64,000 nucleotides of DNA from Bacteroidales bacterium (GTDB taxonomy: Bacteria; Bacteroidota; Bacteroidia; Bacteroidales; UBA12481), in the NCBI GenBank assembly GCA_041662065.1, contig JBAZTE010000019.1:13631-77630 (forward strand), in the 5' to 3' direction. The notes below the pieces were generated by a model that was not told the origin of the DNA, searched no databases, and saw only the letters and a list, made by a program, of their open reading frames with translations. Shown here piece after piece: positions 29,817-40,279 of the stretch. Each line of letters begins with the position of its first letter. Positions within the stretch are counted from its first letter, which is position 1. Both the position numbers and the translations under genes were made by a program.

Positions 29817-30869
29817 TTACCTTCTATAGTGCAGATCGAGATAAACCGGCAGGTGATCGGAATAGCCGCCCTGGTAATAATTTCCCAGATAGGTTCGCAG
29901 AGGCTGTTCCCCCATATTGGTTTTATCCTTTTCCAAAAGGTACTTGGCCTGAAAAACATGCAAATCGGCCGGACGGGCATATAATAGGCGGGCCGTATCG
30001 AGGACCGCCCCTGAAACCACCATGTGGTCCAGCAGGTTCCAAGTCCCTTTGTATTTATAAGTGCCGCCTGGAGATTTGCTTTTCAGGCCCTGGGTCAGGT
30101 CGTAGAGTCTGGCAACCTCCGGCCGGTCATAAGCCAATATTGCATTCAATCCCGATACCACGCTGAGGTCCATCGGTTCATCATTCAAATCGCCGGTGAT
30201 CAGGATTTGTGCTTTTGGACTGATCCTCAAAATGGAATCGACCCGGTATTTTACTGCCTCCGCCACCCAAAGCCTCAGTGGCCGGGTTTGGACTTCACCT
30301 GAAGATCTTGAAGGCCAATGATTGACAAAAACATGCAGTGTATCCTTTCCTCCGATAATCCCGCACGCATACAATATTTCGCGGGTTCGCACGGCGGTAT
30401 CGAATGGAAACTTTATGGGGTAAAAATGAGAATCCAATAGTTGAAAATACCCTGAGCGGTACAGAAGTGCCACGTCGATGCCCCTGGAATCAGGCGATTC
30501 ATGATGAATGACCTGATAATCCAAACCTTTTAGAATGGTTTTATTGATCAGATCATCCACTGTTTTCCTGTTTTCAACTTCGCAAAGTCCCACCAGAACG
30601 GGTAAGGTATCATTCCCCAAATCCTTGATGACCCGGGCAATATGATCGATTTTTTCCTGGTACCGCCCCTCTGTCCACTTTTTCGTGCTGCCGGGTAGAA
30701 ATTCCTCGTCGTTGATCAACGGGTCATTAATGGCATCAAACAGATTCTCGACATTGTAAAACATCACCCGGTAATGGGGATTGGGGTCGATAATACCCGA
30801 TGGTTTATCCTTATCACACGATGCAGCCAGGAGCAGGGAGGTGAAAGCCAAGAGGACGATGTATTTCAT
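29817..30869 (-). CDS. Endonuclease/exonuclease/phosphatase-family lipoprotein
   Basis: The lipobox is LLAASC. EEP-like blocks are FYNVENLFD, GLCEVEN and the terminal SDHLPV. Confidence 0.7.
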   Translation of the reverse strand: MKYIVLLAFTSLLLAASCDKDKPSGIIDPNPHYRVMFYNVENLFDAINDPLINDEEFLPGSTKKWTEGRYQEKIDHIARVIKDLGNDTLPVLVGLCEVENRKTVDDLINKTILKGLDYQVIHHESPDSRGIDVALLYRSGYFQLLDSHFYPIKFPFDTAVRTREILYACGIIGGKDTLHVFVNHWPSRSSGEVQTRPLRLWVAEAVKYRVDSILRISPKAQILITGDLNDEPMDLSVVSGLNAILAYDRPEVARLYDLTQGLKSKSPGGTYKYKGTWNLLDHMVVSGAVLDTARLLYARPADLHVFQAKYLLEKDKTNMGEQPLRTYLGNYYQGGYSDHLPVYLDLHYRR

Positions 30870-30885
30870 GTAAATTATTGATATA

Positions 30886-31047
30886 GTGACGAGTGACGAG
30901 TGACAAGAACCAAATTTTGCCGTGTACGCTTTTATTTAAACTTCTCTACTTCAGCCTTGACCCTAACTTACGCATTGAGCCTTGAGCCTTTCTTGCGCCT
31001 TGAGCCTTGAGCCTTCACCTGAGCCTTGTGCCTTGTGCCTTTTGCCT
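30886..31047. repeat. Word-repeat block (GTGACGA x3, then GAGCCTT/GTGCCTT arrays)
   Basis: It contains gtgacgagtgacgagtgac and gagccttgagcc...gccttgagccttgagccttcacctgagccttgtgccttgtgcc. It is purine-rich on the minus (sense) strand directly after the stop at 31048. Confidence 0.8.
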
Positions 31048-32508
31048 TCACTTCTCCACCCGTTCGTAGGCCCCGATATCCGGTCCTTTGTCAGCCAGGC
31101 GGTTGATGCCAAGCAAGTCGAGAGGAAAGAACTTCGAAAATTCAGGGTTCGCACGGTCCTTTGCAGGAGATAGAGTATCGAGCTGGTAATCCCTGAAGGT
31201 AAAAGTGAGAGAATCGAAGCGCGGGGAAAGGTTCTTGACGATCTCAATCCATTTCAAGGGATCACTGGTGTTCATGGTATCCACAGTCACCAGACAATGG
31301 TCAAAAACGTAATTGAATTGTCCGGGAACCGGTTTTTTGTTGATTGTATTGACAAACTCAATTTCCATCGGCCGGCTACCTGTTATAATACAATTGGCAA
31401 ACAGCGCATTGTACAGATTATAAACATATGCCGAACCATTGTACACATAGAAATTGTTCAGCAAAAGTGTGGGCTCGGTGCGGGTGCCCACTCCATAATT
31501 ATTGGAAAGGGTGCAATGATAAAATTCATAAGATCCGCCCAGCGTGAGTGCCACGCACCAGGAGCCGCAATTGGCGATCACACAGTTACTGGCAAGAATG
31601 GTTGAACTCTGGGCATAAATCCCGGCCACCGTCATATTTTCGATCCGGGTATCTGAAATGGTTAATGTTGGCTTGGAACGGTTGGCCAGCGTATCCACCT
31701 GGATTCCTTTCATGGCATTTTTTATGATGGCATGCCTGATCACATTATCCTTGCTGCCCTTAAGAAAATGAATCCCACCCAGGATATATACGGTTCCATC
31801 TTCAAATTCAATCCAGCTACCCCACTGCCCTGGGTATTCATCATACTCATGCTCAAGCCTGTCGCCCAGAAAACTGACCGGCTCCTCAAGAGTACCGCCG
31901 ACCAACAGGGTACCTTTTACCAGCATGCCCGATCGTTTATGAAAATAGATCCGGGTCCCGGGATCGATGGACAGTGTCTGCAGGCTGTCGACCAACATCG
32001 AATTATAGACCAGATAGGGTTTATCGTTGATCCATTTTTGCGTTTTAAGAATTTCGCCATTGATCAGATGCACATCCTGGCCGAAGGCGATCAGCTTCAC
32101 ATCCTGTATATTCCCGTTGGTTTGAAACACAATGGAGTCCTGTACGACGAGTGGATTATTCTGATTGGCCGGGTCGAGGGTAACCTCAACGAAAATATAG
32201 ATACTGTCATTGGCCGGAATTTCCACTTTATCCATCTCCCCGGTAATCCTTCCATTGATATTCAGGCGGAACTTTGAACCCTGGCTGCCGGCAAGGGTAA
32301 TTTTATCAACCGTAATGGGTTGAGCATGTTTATTGTAAACCCTGAAATTTTTCGTTGTGGAACCGATGGTCGTAAAAATGGTATCAAAAAGAACGGTATC
32401 CGCTGAAAACTCGAGTTTATCCTCCGGATTGATCACCGGATCCTTCCTGCAGGAAAAGAACAGAACCAGCAATAGAGTACCGGCAAAGAAAATTGATTTA
32501 AACTTCAT
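31048..32508 (-). CDS. Lipoprotein with probable right-handed beta-helix region
   Basis: The lipobox is LFFSC. An Ig-like N-domain is followed by Gly/Asn-rich repeats such as NCVIANCGSW and CTLSNNYG. Confidence 0.4.
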   Translation of the reverse strand: MKFKSIFFAGTLLLVLFFSCRKDPVINPEDKLEFSADTVLFDTIFTTIGSTTKNFRVYNKHAQPITVDKITLAGSQGSKFRLNINGRITGEMDKVEIPANDSIYIFVEVTLDPANQNNPLVVQDSIVFQTNGNIQDVKLIAFGQDVHLINGEILKTQKWINDKPYLVYNSMLVDSLQTLSIDPGTRIYFHKRSGMLVKGTLLVGGTLEEPVSFLGDRLEHEYDEYPGQWGSWIEFEDGTVYILGGIHFLKGSKDNVIRHAIIKNAMKGIQVDTLANRSKPTLTISDTRIENMTVAGIYAQSSTILASNCVIANCGSWCVALTLGGSYEFYHCTLSNNYGVGTRTEPTLLLNNFYVYNGSAYVYNLYNALFANCIITGSRPMEIEFVNTINKKPVPGQFNYVFDHCLVTVDTMNTSDPLKWIEIVKNLSPRFDSLTFTFRDYQLDTLSPAKDRANPEFSKFFPLDLLGINRLADKGPDIGAYERVEK

Positions 32509-32569
32509 GAGAAAAAAATTCCGGGTTCGGTATTATAACGGGCTTTGATCAGTTTTATGATCGGCAAAG

Positions 32570-35044
32570 TTAGTTTTTAACACATCTGATTGAGAAACTG
32601 TAGCCCTTATCATACCAATCCCTGCCAACCTGGGATTTATCTTTATGGAGACCCCTGTAAATGGCTTTTCCACTGCTATTTCCAGTCGTTGTCCAGAATC
32701 CGGCCATGGTATTGATCCCCCCGAAAACCCCGTCGGGGGTGCGATAACCTCCGGGACGGGCCGTGAAGCCGGTCAGGTTTGAGGCACCGGTGTTGGGATA
32801 TTCCCAGTAAGCAGTTCCGGTATCCTTGAGCATTCCGCCCTCATTGAGGCCGCGATACCATTCAAGTAAAGTGGTGGAGCCGTCCATACCCAGAAAAGTT
32901 TCCAGCTGACGCCATTCGAGGTCGGCGGGCAGATGCCAGCCGTTCGGACAGGCTGTCAGCGATGTATTCCAGTCATATAGCCTGCCGTAAATCGATGCGT
33001 TATCATTGCTGCTGTTGTAGGAATAGCTGCTGGATGCTGAATAATTCAGGTTTTCAGCCATCCAGATCTGGCTGCCGAGTTTAACCGTCTGATAATATTT
33101 CTCATCACGGGGATCCTGCATTTGAAGATTTGCAATGAAGGCAATAGTTACCAGGTCGGAGTTTTCAACGCATGCACTGGTGAAGGCCCACTTTATTACA
33201 TAGATCTGTCCCTGGATTCCGCTGAAACGCGATCCGGGATTATTAACATCTTCAATAACACCACTTTGCCCTGAGATAATCGACCAGGTTCCGGTAATTC
33301 CGATCCTGGGGGCATTTCCCCTTAAAAAGGTGGAAACCGAACCGTCGGATATCCTGATATCAGGGCCGGCATCTGCACTAACCTGCACCTGGTTGAGGAT
33401 TATATTAACCTCGTCGAACGATGAGCTGCAGGCTGTCGAAACGGTCCATCTCAATACATAGGAGTGGCAAAGCAGCCCTGAGAAAATGGCATGCGGATCA
33501 TTGACATCTGAGAAACTCCCGTTTCCTCCCGAGATGATGGACCACAATCCGGTGCCGTTGACCGGTGGGGTCGCATTCAGCTGAGCGTAAATCGATCCGT
33601 CGGTAAGGTTTAAATCCGCACCGGCAAAAGACACGGAAGGCTGGTCGGTAAAACTTACGTTCATCTGGTCCAATGAGCTATGGCAGAGCGTCCTGATAGT
33701 CCACCTCAGGGTATAGGTCTGACAGGGCTCGCCGGAAAACTTGCTTTTCGGGTCATTGATATCGGCGACCACCCCGCCGGTACCGGTGACAACCGTCCAG
33801 GTGCCGGTTCCCTGCAACGGAACATTGGCATCAAGCGTTACCACACGAACGGGTCCGTCGGAGGTCAGATCAGGGCCTGCTGCGGCAGTGGTAACAGCAT
33901 GATCGAATATAATGCTAACATCATCCGATTTGCTGGAACAAGGGGTGGAAATCGTCCAGCGCAGGATGTAAGTCTGGCAGAGCTGTCCTGTAAAGATCGC
34001 CCCTGGATCGGAGACACTGCTGAATCGTCCGTTCAAACCTGAAACAACCGACCAGGTTCCGGTTCCGGTTGGCGGAGCATTTGCCGCCAGGGAAGCGGTT
34101 GAACGTCCGTCGGTAAAGGATTGATCGGGCCCGGCATTGGGATTGATCAGGTACTGATCGAAGCGTATCTCGATTGTGTCGGATGAGGCGGCACAAAGAG
34201 TTGAGACGGTCCAGAGCAAATTATAGGTGCTGCAGGGTTGTCCGGTAAAGGTTGAATTAGGCAATGAAGCATCGCTGAACGAGCCGGCATTACCGGTCAG
34301 TACTCTCCAGCGCCCGTTACCATCAGCAGGTGTGGCGGCCTGGAGTACCACTGAGGTGCGGCCATCGGTAATCAGTTGGTTTCCACCTGCATCAGCCTTG
34401 CTTGGCTGATACGAGAAGGCGATTGTCACTTCATCCGACAGCGTAGTTGTTCCGTTGGTAACCGACCATCTCAAAGTATAGGCTTGACAGGCTGTGCCTG
34501 AAAATGTTGCGTTAGGATTATGAATGTCTGACAAGGCTCCGCCAGTGCCTGAAATGATCGTCCAGGTACCTTGATTATACAATGGAGCTTCGGCTTCAAG
34601 CACAAAGCTGGTTCTTGAATCGGTAAAAATGGTATCCCTCCCGGCATAAGGTGCGGTGTTACCCTGTAAATGTACCGGTACTGAAATGATATAGGGTTCA
34701 TCCTTATTATCAATCGCCTTGATCTCAACATGATAATCACCCTGGGTCATTCCAGTGGTTTGCCAGTCGAACTCATAAGGGGATTCCAAATCAGTCAGGA
34801 CCAATGAATTGGGAGAGGTAAAAACCACCTTAACCACCTCACCGTCAATATCATATGCATTAACTTTAAAATTGATTACCTGACCTACATTAAATATGAC
34901 ACTATCGGCAGGGGCAGTTTTTTCAACATAGGGCGGTTTATTCGGCAGAATATATTCGCAACCGGCAATGACAAGCAGCAGAAACAATGGAATAAGAAGT
35001 ATTGGAAGGTATGTGAAGTAGTGGCTCCGCTTTTCGTGTTTCAT
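32570..35044 (-). CDS. Large lipoprotein: Ig-like domain, six ~84-aa Cys-pair repeats and a C-terminal FISUMP (Fibrobacter succinogenes major paralogous) domain
   Basis: Six repeats fit the pattern AGPD..TDG....L.A..P..GTGTW.V.SG..G.F.....P...F.G..C.TY.LRWT.ST.C. The C-terminus runs YQTVKLGSQIWMAENLNY...CPNGWHLPADLEW...FSIRCVKN. Confidence 0.75.
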   Translation of the reverse strand: MKHEKRSHYFTYLPILLIPLFLLLVIAGCEYILPNKPPYVEKTAPADSVIFNVGQVINFKVNAYDIDGEVVKVVFTSPNSLVLTDLESPYEFDWQTTGMTQGDYHVEIKAIDNKDEPYIISVPVHLQGNTAPYAGRDTIFTDSRTSFVLEAEAPLYNQGTWTIISGTGGALSDIHNPNATFSGTACQAYTLRWSVTNGTTTLSDEVTIAFSYQPSKADAGGNQLITDGRTSVVLQAATPADGNGRWRVLTGNAGSFSDASLPNSTFTGQPCSTYNLLWTVSTLCAASSDTIEIRFDQYLINPNAGPDQSFTDGRSTASLAANAPPTGTGTWSVVSGLNGRFSSVSDPGAIFTGQLCQTYILRWTISTPCSSKSDDVSIIFDHAVTTAAAGPDLTSDGPVRVVTLDANVPLQGTGTWTVVTGTGGVVADINDPKSKFSGEPCQTYTLRWTIRTLCHSSLDQMNVSFTDQPSVSFAGADLNLTDGSIYAQLNATPPVNGTGLWSIISGGNGSFSDVNDPHAIFSGLLCHSYVLRWTVSTACSSSFDEVNIILNQVQVSADAGPDIRISDGSVSTFLRGNAPRIGITGTWSIISGQSGVIEDVNNPGSRFSGIQGQIYVIKWAFTSACVENSDLVTIAFIANLQMQDPRDEKYYQTVKLGSQIWMAENLNYSASSSYSYNSSNDNASIYGRLYDWNTSLTACPNGWHLPADLEWRQLETFLGMDGSTTLLEWYRGLNEGGMLKDTGTAYWEYPNTGASNLTGFTARPGGYRTPDGVFGGINTMAGFWTTTGNSSGKAIYRGLHKDKSQVGRDWYDKGYSFSIRCVKN

Positions 35045-35116
35045 AGATATAACTTGGCTTAATAGTATAAAATTAACGCATCTTCACTGAAAAAATGATG
35101 CATCGCCCGAATTTTC

Positions 35117-35124
35117 TATTTTTG
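35117..35124 (+). promoter_or_regulatory. -7 box TATTTTTG upstream of the amidohydrolase gene
   Basis: This is an exact TAnnTTTG match 26 nt upstream of ATG 35150. Confidence 0.45.
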
Positions 35125-35149
35125 TTAACAACTACAACCATTCCGAAAA

Positions 35150-36796
35150 ATGAAAAACCCGATCATTATGGCTGTTCTGCTAGCGTCTGTGGTAAATCAA
35201 TCCTGCCAGAGGAAGGAAACCGCTGATTTTATTGTTAAAAACTCGGTGGTATACTCCGTTGACTCCAATTTCAGCATTGCCGGAAGTTTTGCCGTTAAGG
35301 ACGGCAGATTTGCCGCTGTTGGCACTGACCGGGAAATTGAAATAAAATGGATTTCCGATAAGATATATGATTTAGGTGGCAAATCTGTTTACCCGGGATT
35401 TTATGATGCCCATTGCCATTTCGACGGCTATGCCGCAAGTCTGAGAAAAGCGGATCTGAGAGGAACTACCAGTTTTGCTGAAATATGCGACCGGTTGGTT
35501 GAAAACCAGAAGGTTAATCCTACCGAATGGGTCCAGGGACGGGGTTGGGATCAGAATGACTGGGTAGTTAAAGAATTTCCCGACCGTTCGGATCTTGATA
35601 AGATTTTCCCTGAAAAACCGGTATACCTGACCCGGATTGACGGACATGCTGCGGCAGTCAATACGGCCGCCCTGAAGCTTGCCGGTATTGAAGAGAGCAC
35701 TTCCATCAAAGGAGGGGAGATTATCAAGAAAAATGGCAGGATTACGGGTGTGCTCGTTGACAATGCCATGGATCTGGTTTCCAGACTGGTTCCTGATATG
35801 TCGGAAACCGAAGAGGCCGCTGCACTTTTACAAGCCCAAAAGAATTGCTTTGCGGTCGGACTAACAACCGTTGCAGATGCCGGGATCGGTACTGGAACCG
35901 TTCAGCTCATGGACCGTCTTCAGAAGGATGGTCAGCTGAAAATGAGGATCTTTGCCATGCTAGCACCTACGGAACAAAACTTTAGGGAGTTCGTGGATAA
36001 GGGGATATTTAAGACAGACCGGCTCCATGTCAGGTCGGTGAAGCTTTATGCCGACGGTGCTTTGGGCTCACGGGGAGCGCTCATGCTTGAACCATACAGC
36101 GATGCACCCGAAAAATCGGGGTTACAGGTTAACGAGACCGGGTATCTTAAGGAGATGTGTCAAAAATGTTACGATGCTGGTTACCAGGTGGAGACCCACT
36201 GCATTGGCGATAGTGCCAACAGACTGATACTGACCATTTACAAGGATATTCTTAAAACTAAGAATGACCGCCGCTGGCGGATTGAGCATGCGCAAATCAT
36301 TCATCCGGATGACTTCCGGTTATTCGGCGAATACAGTGTTATTCCCTCGGTTCAATCCACGCATGCCACTTCCGATATGTATTGGGCCGGCGACCGTGTG
36401 GGACCGGTCAGGATCAAAGGGGCTTATGCCTATAAACAGCTGATGCAGGAGAATGGATGGATACCAAACGGCTCGGATTTTCCGATCGAGCAGATCAATC
36501 CGCTGTTCGGTTTTTTTGCCGGGTTTGCCCGGATGGATCCATCCGGCTACCCTGAAGGGGGTTGGATGATGGAAAATGCCTTATCGCGTGAAGAAAGTTT
36601 GAAAGCGATGACCATCTGGGCTGCTAAATCCTGCTTTGAAGAAAAGGAACGGGGCAGCATCGAACCGGGAAAAATGGCGGATTTTGTTGTGCTTGATCAA
36701 AACATTATGAAAATAGAACCGCTTAACGTACCAAAGACTAAAGTATTGGAAACCTGGATCGGCGGAGAAAAAGTTTTTGCCGCTGGAGAACGATAA
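35150..36796 (+). CDS. Amidohydrolase-family (YtcJ-like) metal-dependent hydrolase, lipoprotein
   Basis: PGFYDAHCHF is the HxH metal motif, IDGHAA follows, and the late motif is ETHCIGD..EHAQ. Confidence 0.75.
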   Translation: MKNPIIMAVLLASVVNQSCQRKETADFIVKNSVVYSVDSNFSIAGSFAVKDGRFAAVGTDREIEIKWISDKIYDLGGKSVYPGFYDAHCHFDGYAASLRKADLRGTTSFAEICDRLVENQKVNPTEWVQGRGWDQNDWVVKEFPDRSDLDKIFPEKPVYLTRIDGHAAAVNTAALKLAGIEESTSIKGGEIIKKNGRITGVLVDNAMDLVSRLVPDMSETEEAAALLQAQKNCFAVGLTTVADAGIGTGTVQLMDRLQKDGQLKMRIFAMLAPTEQNFREFVDKGIFKTDRLHVRSVKLYADGALGSRGALMLEPYSDAPEKSGLQVNETGYLKEMCQKCYDAGYQVETHCIGDSANRLILTIYKDILKTKNDRRWRIEHAQIIHPDDFRLFGEYSVIPSVQSTHATSDMYWAGDRVGPVRIKGAYAYKQLMQENGWIPNGSDFPIEQINPLFGFFAGFARMDPSGYPEGGWMMENALSREESLKAMTIWAAKSCFEEKERGSIEPGKMADFVVLDQNIMKIEPLNVPKTKVLETWIGGEKVFAAGER

Positions 36797-36803
36797 GATT
36801 GTT

Positions 36804-37187
36804 ATGAAAATCATTTTATTACTGGCGGGAGGCGCCATCGGAACCCTTGCCCGTTATGCGCTGTCCGGATTCACACATAAAGTGTATTTGGGAACCTTCC
36901 CCATGGGCACCCTGATGGTAAATCTACTGGGCTCATTAGTCATAGGGTTCCTTTGGGGAATTTCGGAAAGCAGGAATATTTCACCCAATTACCGATCATT
37001 TGCTTTCATCGGCCTTCTTGGTGGTTTTACCACCTTTTCAACTTATGCGCTCGAAAGCATGAACCTGCTCAGGGATAATGAGATCAGGCAGGCTCTTACT
37101 AATATTCTCGCAACCAACCTATTGGGACTTGTCTTAGTTTTTGCGGGATTTTTCCTGGCCAAAGGACTGATCAATCAAATCAAATAA
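36804..37187 (+). CDS. crcB: Fluoride channel CrcB
   Basis: The protein has about 4 TMs, GGAIGTLARY at the N-terminus and GGFTTFSTY in the middle. Confidence 0.85.
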   Translation: MKIILLLAGGAIGTLARYALSGFTHKVYLGTFPMGTLMVNLLGSLVIGFLWGISESRNISPNYRSFAFIGLLGGFTTFSTYALESMNLLRDNEIRQALTNILATNLLGLVLVFAGFFLAKGLINQIK

Positions 37188-37190
37188 AAA

Positions 37191-37532
37191 ATGAAACTGC
37201 CGGAACAAGGGAAATTGCTGCGGATCTTCATTGGTGAGGGTGATTCCTATAAAGGAAAGCCCCTGTATGAAGCCATTGTGCTCAAGGCCAGGGAGCTGAA
37301 TCTCGCAGGGGCTACGGTATTGAAGGGGGTCATGGGTTTCGGTGCGAACAGCCGGCTTCATACCTCCAAGGTTCTCCGTTTGTCGGAGGACATGCCGCTG
37401 ATCATTGAAATTGTGGATACGGAAGAAAAACTGGAACGGATCATGCCGTTCCTCGAAGAGACGGTTACCGAGGGACTCATCACTATTGAAGCGGCTAAAG
37501 TGATCATTTACAGGCATAAATCAATTTCCTGA
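37191..37532 (+). CDS. DUF190 (PII-like) protein commonly paired with crcB
   Basis: The 113-aa protein reads LRIFIGEGD...PLYEAIV...GATVLKG..GFG. Confidence 0.7.
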   Translation: MKLPEQGKLLRIFIGEGDSYKGKPLYEAIVLKARELNLAGATVLKGVMGFGANSRLHTSKVLRLSEDMPLIIEIVDTEEKLERIMPFLEETVTEGLITIEAAKVIIYRHKSIS

Positions 37533-37535
37533 GCC

Positions 37536-39215
37536 ATGAAAACGATTAAATTGATTGCGGGATTTTTCCTCCTCTTTCTGGTGGGATTTACGTTTCCGGC
37601 CGAGAAGGATTTCAAAATATCCATTTTTGATGAACTCTCCCCAATCTATCCGGATTCCAGGATAGACAAGCAGGTAACGTCCTACACCGTAGACGTTTGC
37701 AAAGGAAGCATTGCAGCCATACATATCCTCATGACCGACCTGATCCCAATGGAACCGGTGAGGTTTGCCCTCACCGCCAAAGGGTTACTCGATAAATTCT
37801 ATGCGAATTGGTACTTCATGATTGATGTTCCGGTGACAGAAAATACAGGACTTGAAGGCTGGACCGAAAAATCTAACGGTCAGCCGAATCCGTACGTCAT
37901 ACGTAAAGCCCCGTTCCGGATTTTTGAAGCTTTTGATCCGGTTCAAACCGGTTATATTCCAATCACCTCCACTCAGGCCTTGCGCATGGAAATACCCATC
38001 GGGAAGGATTTTCCGACAGGGAAGCAACTGTTTACCATTCACATCAGTTCAAAAGGCCAGGTAAAAAAGCTGGAATTGACTGTGAATGTTTATCCGGTTG
38101 AAATACCCCCGGTGAACCAGGCACATCTCAATTATGTCAACTGGCTGAATATTGGGAATATATGCAAGGACCATGAGGTTGAGTTATGGTCGGAACCTTT
38201 TTGGGGTATGCTCAGGAAATATGCCCAGATGATGGCCAAAGGCCGGCAGAACACTTTTTGGTTCATCTGGAGTGATTTTTTCCGTTTTAATCCGGACGGC
38301 ACCGTAGCTGAGTTTTACGACCAAAGGCTTGAACGATACATTAATACCTTTCTTCTTGAAGGATTGACAACCATTCAGGGGGCACCATTTGCACGACGCC
38401 GCGACTGGTCGTCGGACGCCTTTCTGGTGGCGGTTCCAACATCTGATAACCATGAGATACCGGCCGTTTCAGAGGAGGGCCGGAAAATAATCCGCTCCAT
38501 GGCAAGGCCAATTATCGACCTGATGAATAAGAAAGAATGGGAGGAGAGGTGGTACCAGGGAATTTTTGATGAACCCACCGACGAATACGTCGACCGGTAT
38601 AAGGCAACTGCAGATTTTTTGAGAACCATGAAACCAGATCTGCGCATATTGGAAGCCACCATGACGGTAAGCCTTGCCGGTACGGTCAACTGCTGGTGCC
38701 CTCAGGTCCAGGAATTTCAGAAAAACATCTCATTCTTTGAACAGAGGCAAGCGGCCGGCGACGCGGTATGGGTGTATACCTGCCTGATGCCGGGCGGGCC
38801 GTGGATCAACCGCCTGATCGACCAGGAGCGCCTTCGGCAGGTGTATGTCGGCTGGGCCTGTGCAAAATATGACCTGCAGGGGTTTTTGCATTGGGGATTT
38901 AACATGCATAGCGGCAAGCCCTATGAAGAACTGGTCAGGATGCATGGCGGTCCAAACAATTTCTTACCTGCCGGGGATTCGCATATTGTTTATCCGGGTA
39001 AGAAGGGGCCTTTGTCGAGCCAGCGTTTTGAAGCCCACCGGATCGGAATGGAAGATTACGAATTATTATATCTGCTGAAAAAGCAACAACCAGAACTCGC
39101 CAACCAATTAATCAACAAGCTTTTTCAAGCATTTGACCAGTATGATAAAGACATCAGGGATTACCGGAGCGTAAAAAAGGAAGTGCTTGGCGCCCTTTAC
39201 GGCAGGACCATATAA
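37536..39215 (+). CDS. DUF4091-like secreted glycoside-hydrolase-like protein
   Basis: A signal peptide is present, and the size and overall pattern match my recollection of DUF4091 proteins. No search was run. Confidence 0.45.
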   Translation: MKTIKLIAGFFLLFLVGFTFPAEKDFKISIFDELSPIYPDSRIDKQVTSYTVDVCKGSIAAIHILMTDLIPMEPVRFALTAKGLLDKFYANWYFMIDVPVTENTGLEGWTEKSNGQPNPYVIRKAPFRIFEAFDPVQTGYIPITSTQALRMEIPIGKDFPTGKQLFTIHISSKGQVKKLELTVNVYPVEIPPVNQAHLNYVNWLNIGNICKDHEVELWSEPFWGMLRKYAQMMAKGRQNTFWFIWSDFFRFNPDGTVAEFYDQRLERYINTFLLEGLTTIQGAPFARRRDWSSDAFLVAVPTSDNHEIPAVSEEGRKIIRSMARPIIDLMNKKEWEERWYQGIFDEPTDEYVDRYKATADFLRTMKPDLRILEATMTVSLAGTVNCWCPQVQEFQKNISFFEQRQAAGDAVWVYTCLMPGGPWINRLIDQERLRQVYVGWACAKYDLQGFLHWGFNMHSGKPYEELVRMHGGPNNFLPAGDSHIVYPGKKGPLSSQRFEAHRIGMEDYELLYLLKKQQPELANQLINKLFQAFDQYDKDIRDYRSVKKEVLGALYGRTI

Positions 39216-39217
39216 CT

Positions 39218-40279
39218 ATGACATCAAAAAAGTTCAAACCCGATTATCACCACATTCTCGACGTACTGAACAACAAAAGGCCGGCTCGCTTACCTCTGTA
39301 CGAACATGCCATTGATCCGCCCTTTATCCGCAAGGCAACCGGAAATAATTTTACGCTACAGGGTAACCATGTGAAAGACTTTGAGGATTATTACCATACC
39401 ATCAGCCAGTTCTGGCTCGACATGACTTATGACTCATTTGCTTATGAAGCAGCCATTTGCGAGTTATTACCGGGTCATGGTGCGATAAACGGAGGCATGG
39501 CCGGTCCGATTCAAACCCGGGCCGACTTTGAGCGTTACCCGTTTGATGAGTTTCCTGAATTATTCTGGAGAACTTATTCGCCTCATCTCGATGCCATCAG
39601 GAATATCCTGCCCCCGGGCATGAAAGTGTGGGGCGGATGCGGTTATGGGATTTTCGAAACCAGTGAAGACCTGGTTGGATTTGAGAACCTTGCGGTGATG
39701 CAATATCTTGATCCGGAACTATTTGCAGATCTGTACCTGAGAATCGGAGACCTGTTTGCCACGTTATGGACCGAGATGGTTAAACGCTACCCGGATATTT
39801 TCGTTTTTTTCAGGATGGGTGATGATATCGGATTCAAGACCTCCACTTTTTTTGAGCCCGATGTCATCAGGCAGCATCTGATTCCCCAGTACCAAAGGGT
39901 TATCGACATTGTACACAGGGCCGGCAAGAAGTTTTTGCTTCATAGCTGCGGGAATATTTTCACGGTGATGGATGACCTGATTGCCGCCGGGATAGATGCC
40001 AAACACTCCAACGAGGACCAGATTGCCGCTTTCGACACCTGGATCTCCCTTTATTCCGGTCGCATCGGTCTGATGGGAGGTATCGATGTGAATGATCTTT
40101 GCCTGAATTCATATGACGACCTGGTGAAAATGGTTGTCGAAAAAGGAACTCGTTTTCGGAACAGCGGCCGCGGATTCGGTTTGGGATCGGGGAATTCGAT
40201 AGCGGGGTACGTACCCGTGGAGGGGTTCATGGCGATAGTTGAGGGGGCGAGGAGGATTCGTGAGGACGGGAGGACGTGA
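39218..40279 (+). CDS. Uroporphyrinogen decarboxylase (URO-D)-family protein (MtaA/CmuA-like)
   Basis: LHSCGNIFTVMDDLIAAGIDAKHSNED is typical of the URO-D/methyltransferase TIM barrel. The stop codon lies inside a GAGGACG word array. Confidence 0.6.
   Translation: MTSKKFKPDYHHILDVLNNKRPARLPLYEHAIDPPFIRKATGNNFTLQGNHVKDFEDYYHTISQFWLDMTYDSFAYEAAICELLPGHGAINGGMAGPIQTRADFERYPFDEFPELFWRTYSPHLDAIRNILPPGMKVWGGCGYGIFETSEDLVGFENLAVMQYLDPELFADLYLRIGDLFATLWTEMVKRYPDIFVFFRMGDDIGFKTSTFFEPDVIRQHLIPQYQRVIDIVHRAGKKFLLHSCGNIFTVMDDLIAAGIDAKHSNEDQIAAFDTWISLYSGRIGLMGGIDVNDLCLNSYDDLVKMVVEKGTRFRNSGRGFGLGSGNSIAGYVPVEGFMAIVEGARRIREDGRT

Noticed and set aside
29396-29980. This is a 194-aa minus-strand ORF spanning the flavin reductase / EEP gene junction.
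   Set aside because: It overlaps two better-supported genes (one on each strand), is Arg/Phe/His-rich, and lacks motifs.
32570-35044. The FISUMP C-terminal domains, here and at 53085-56618, could be targets of a diversity-generating retroelement.
   Set aside because: There is no reverse transcriptase ORF anywhere in the window, and I found no template/variable repeat pair differing mainly at adenines. The paralogs differ throughout their length.
36700-36803. A fluoride riboswitch might lie upstream of crcB.
   Set aside because: crcB starts 7 nt after the amidohydrolase stop, so the upstream sequence is coding. I see no crcB-motif blocks there.
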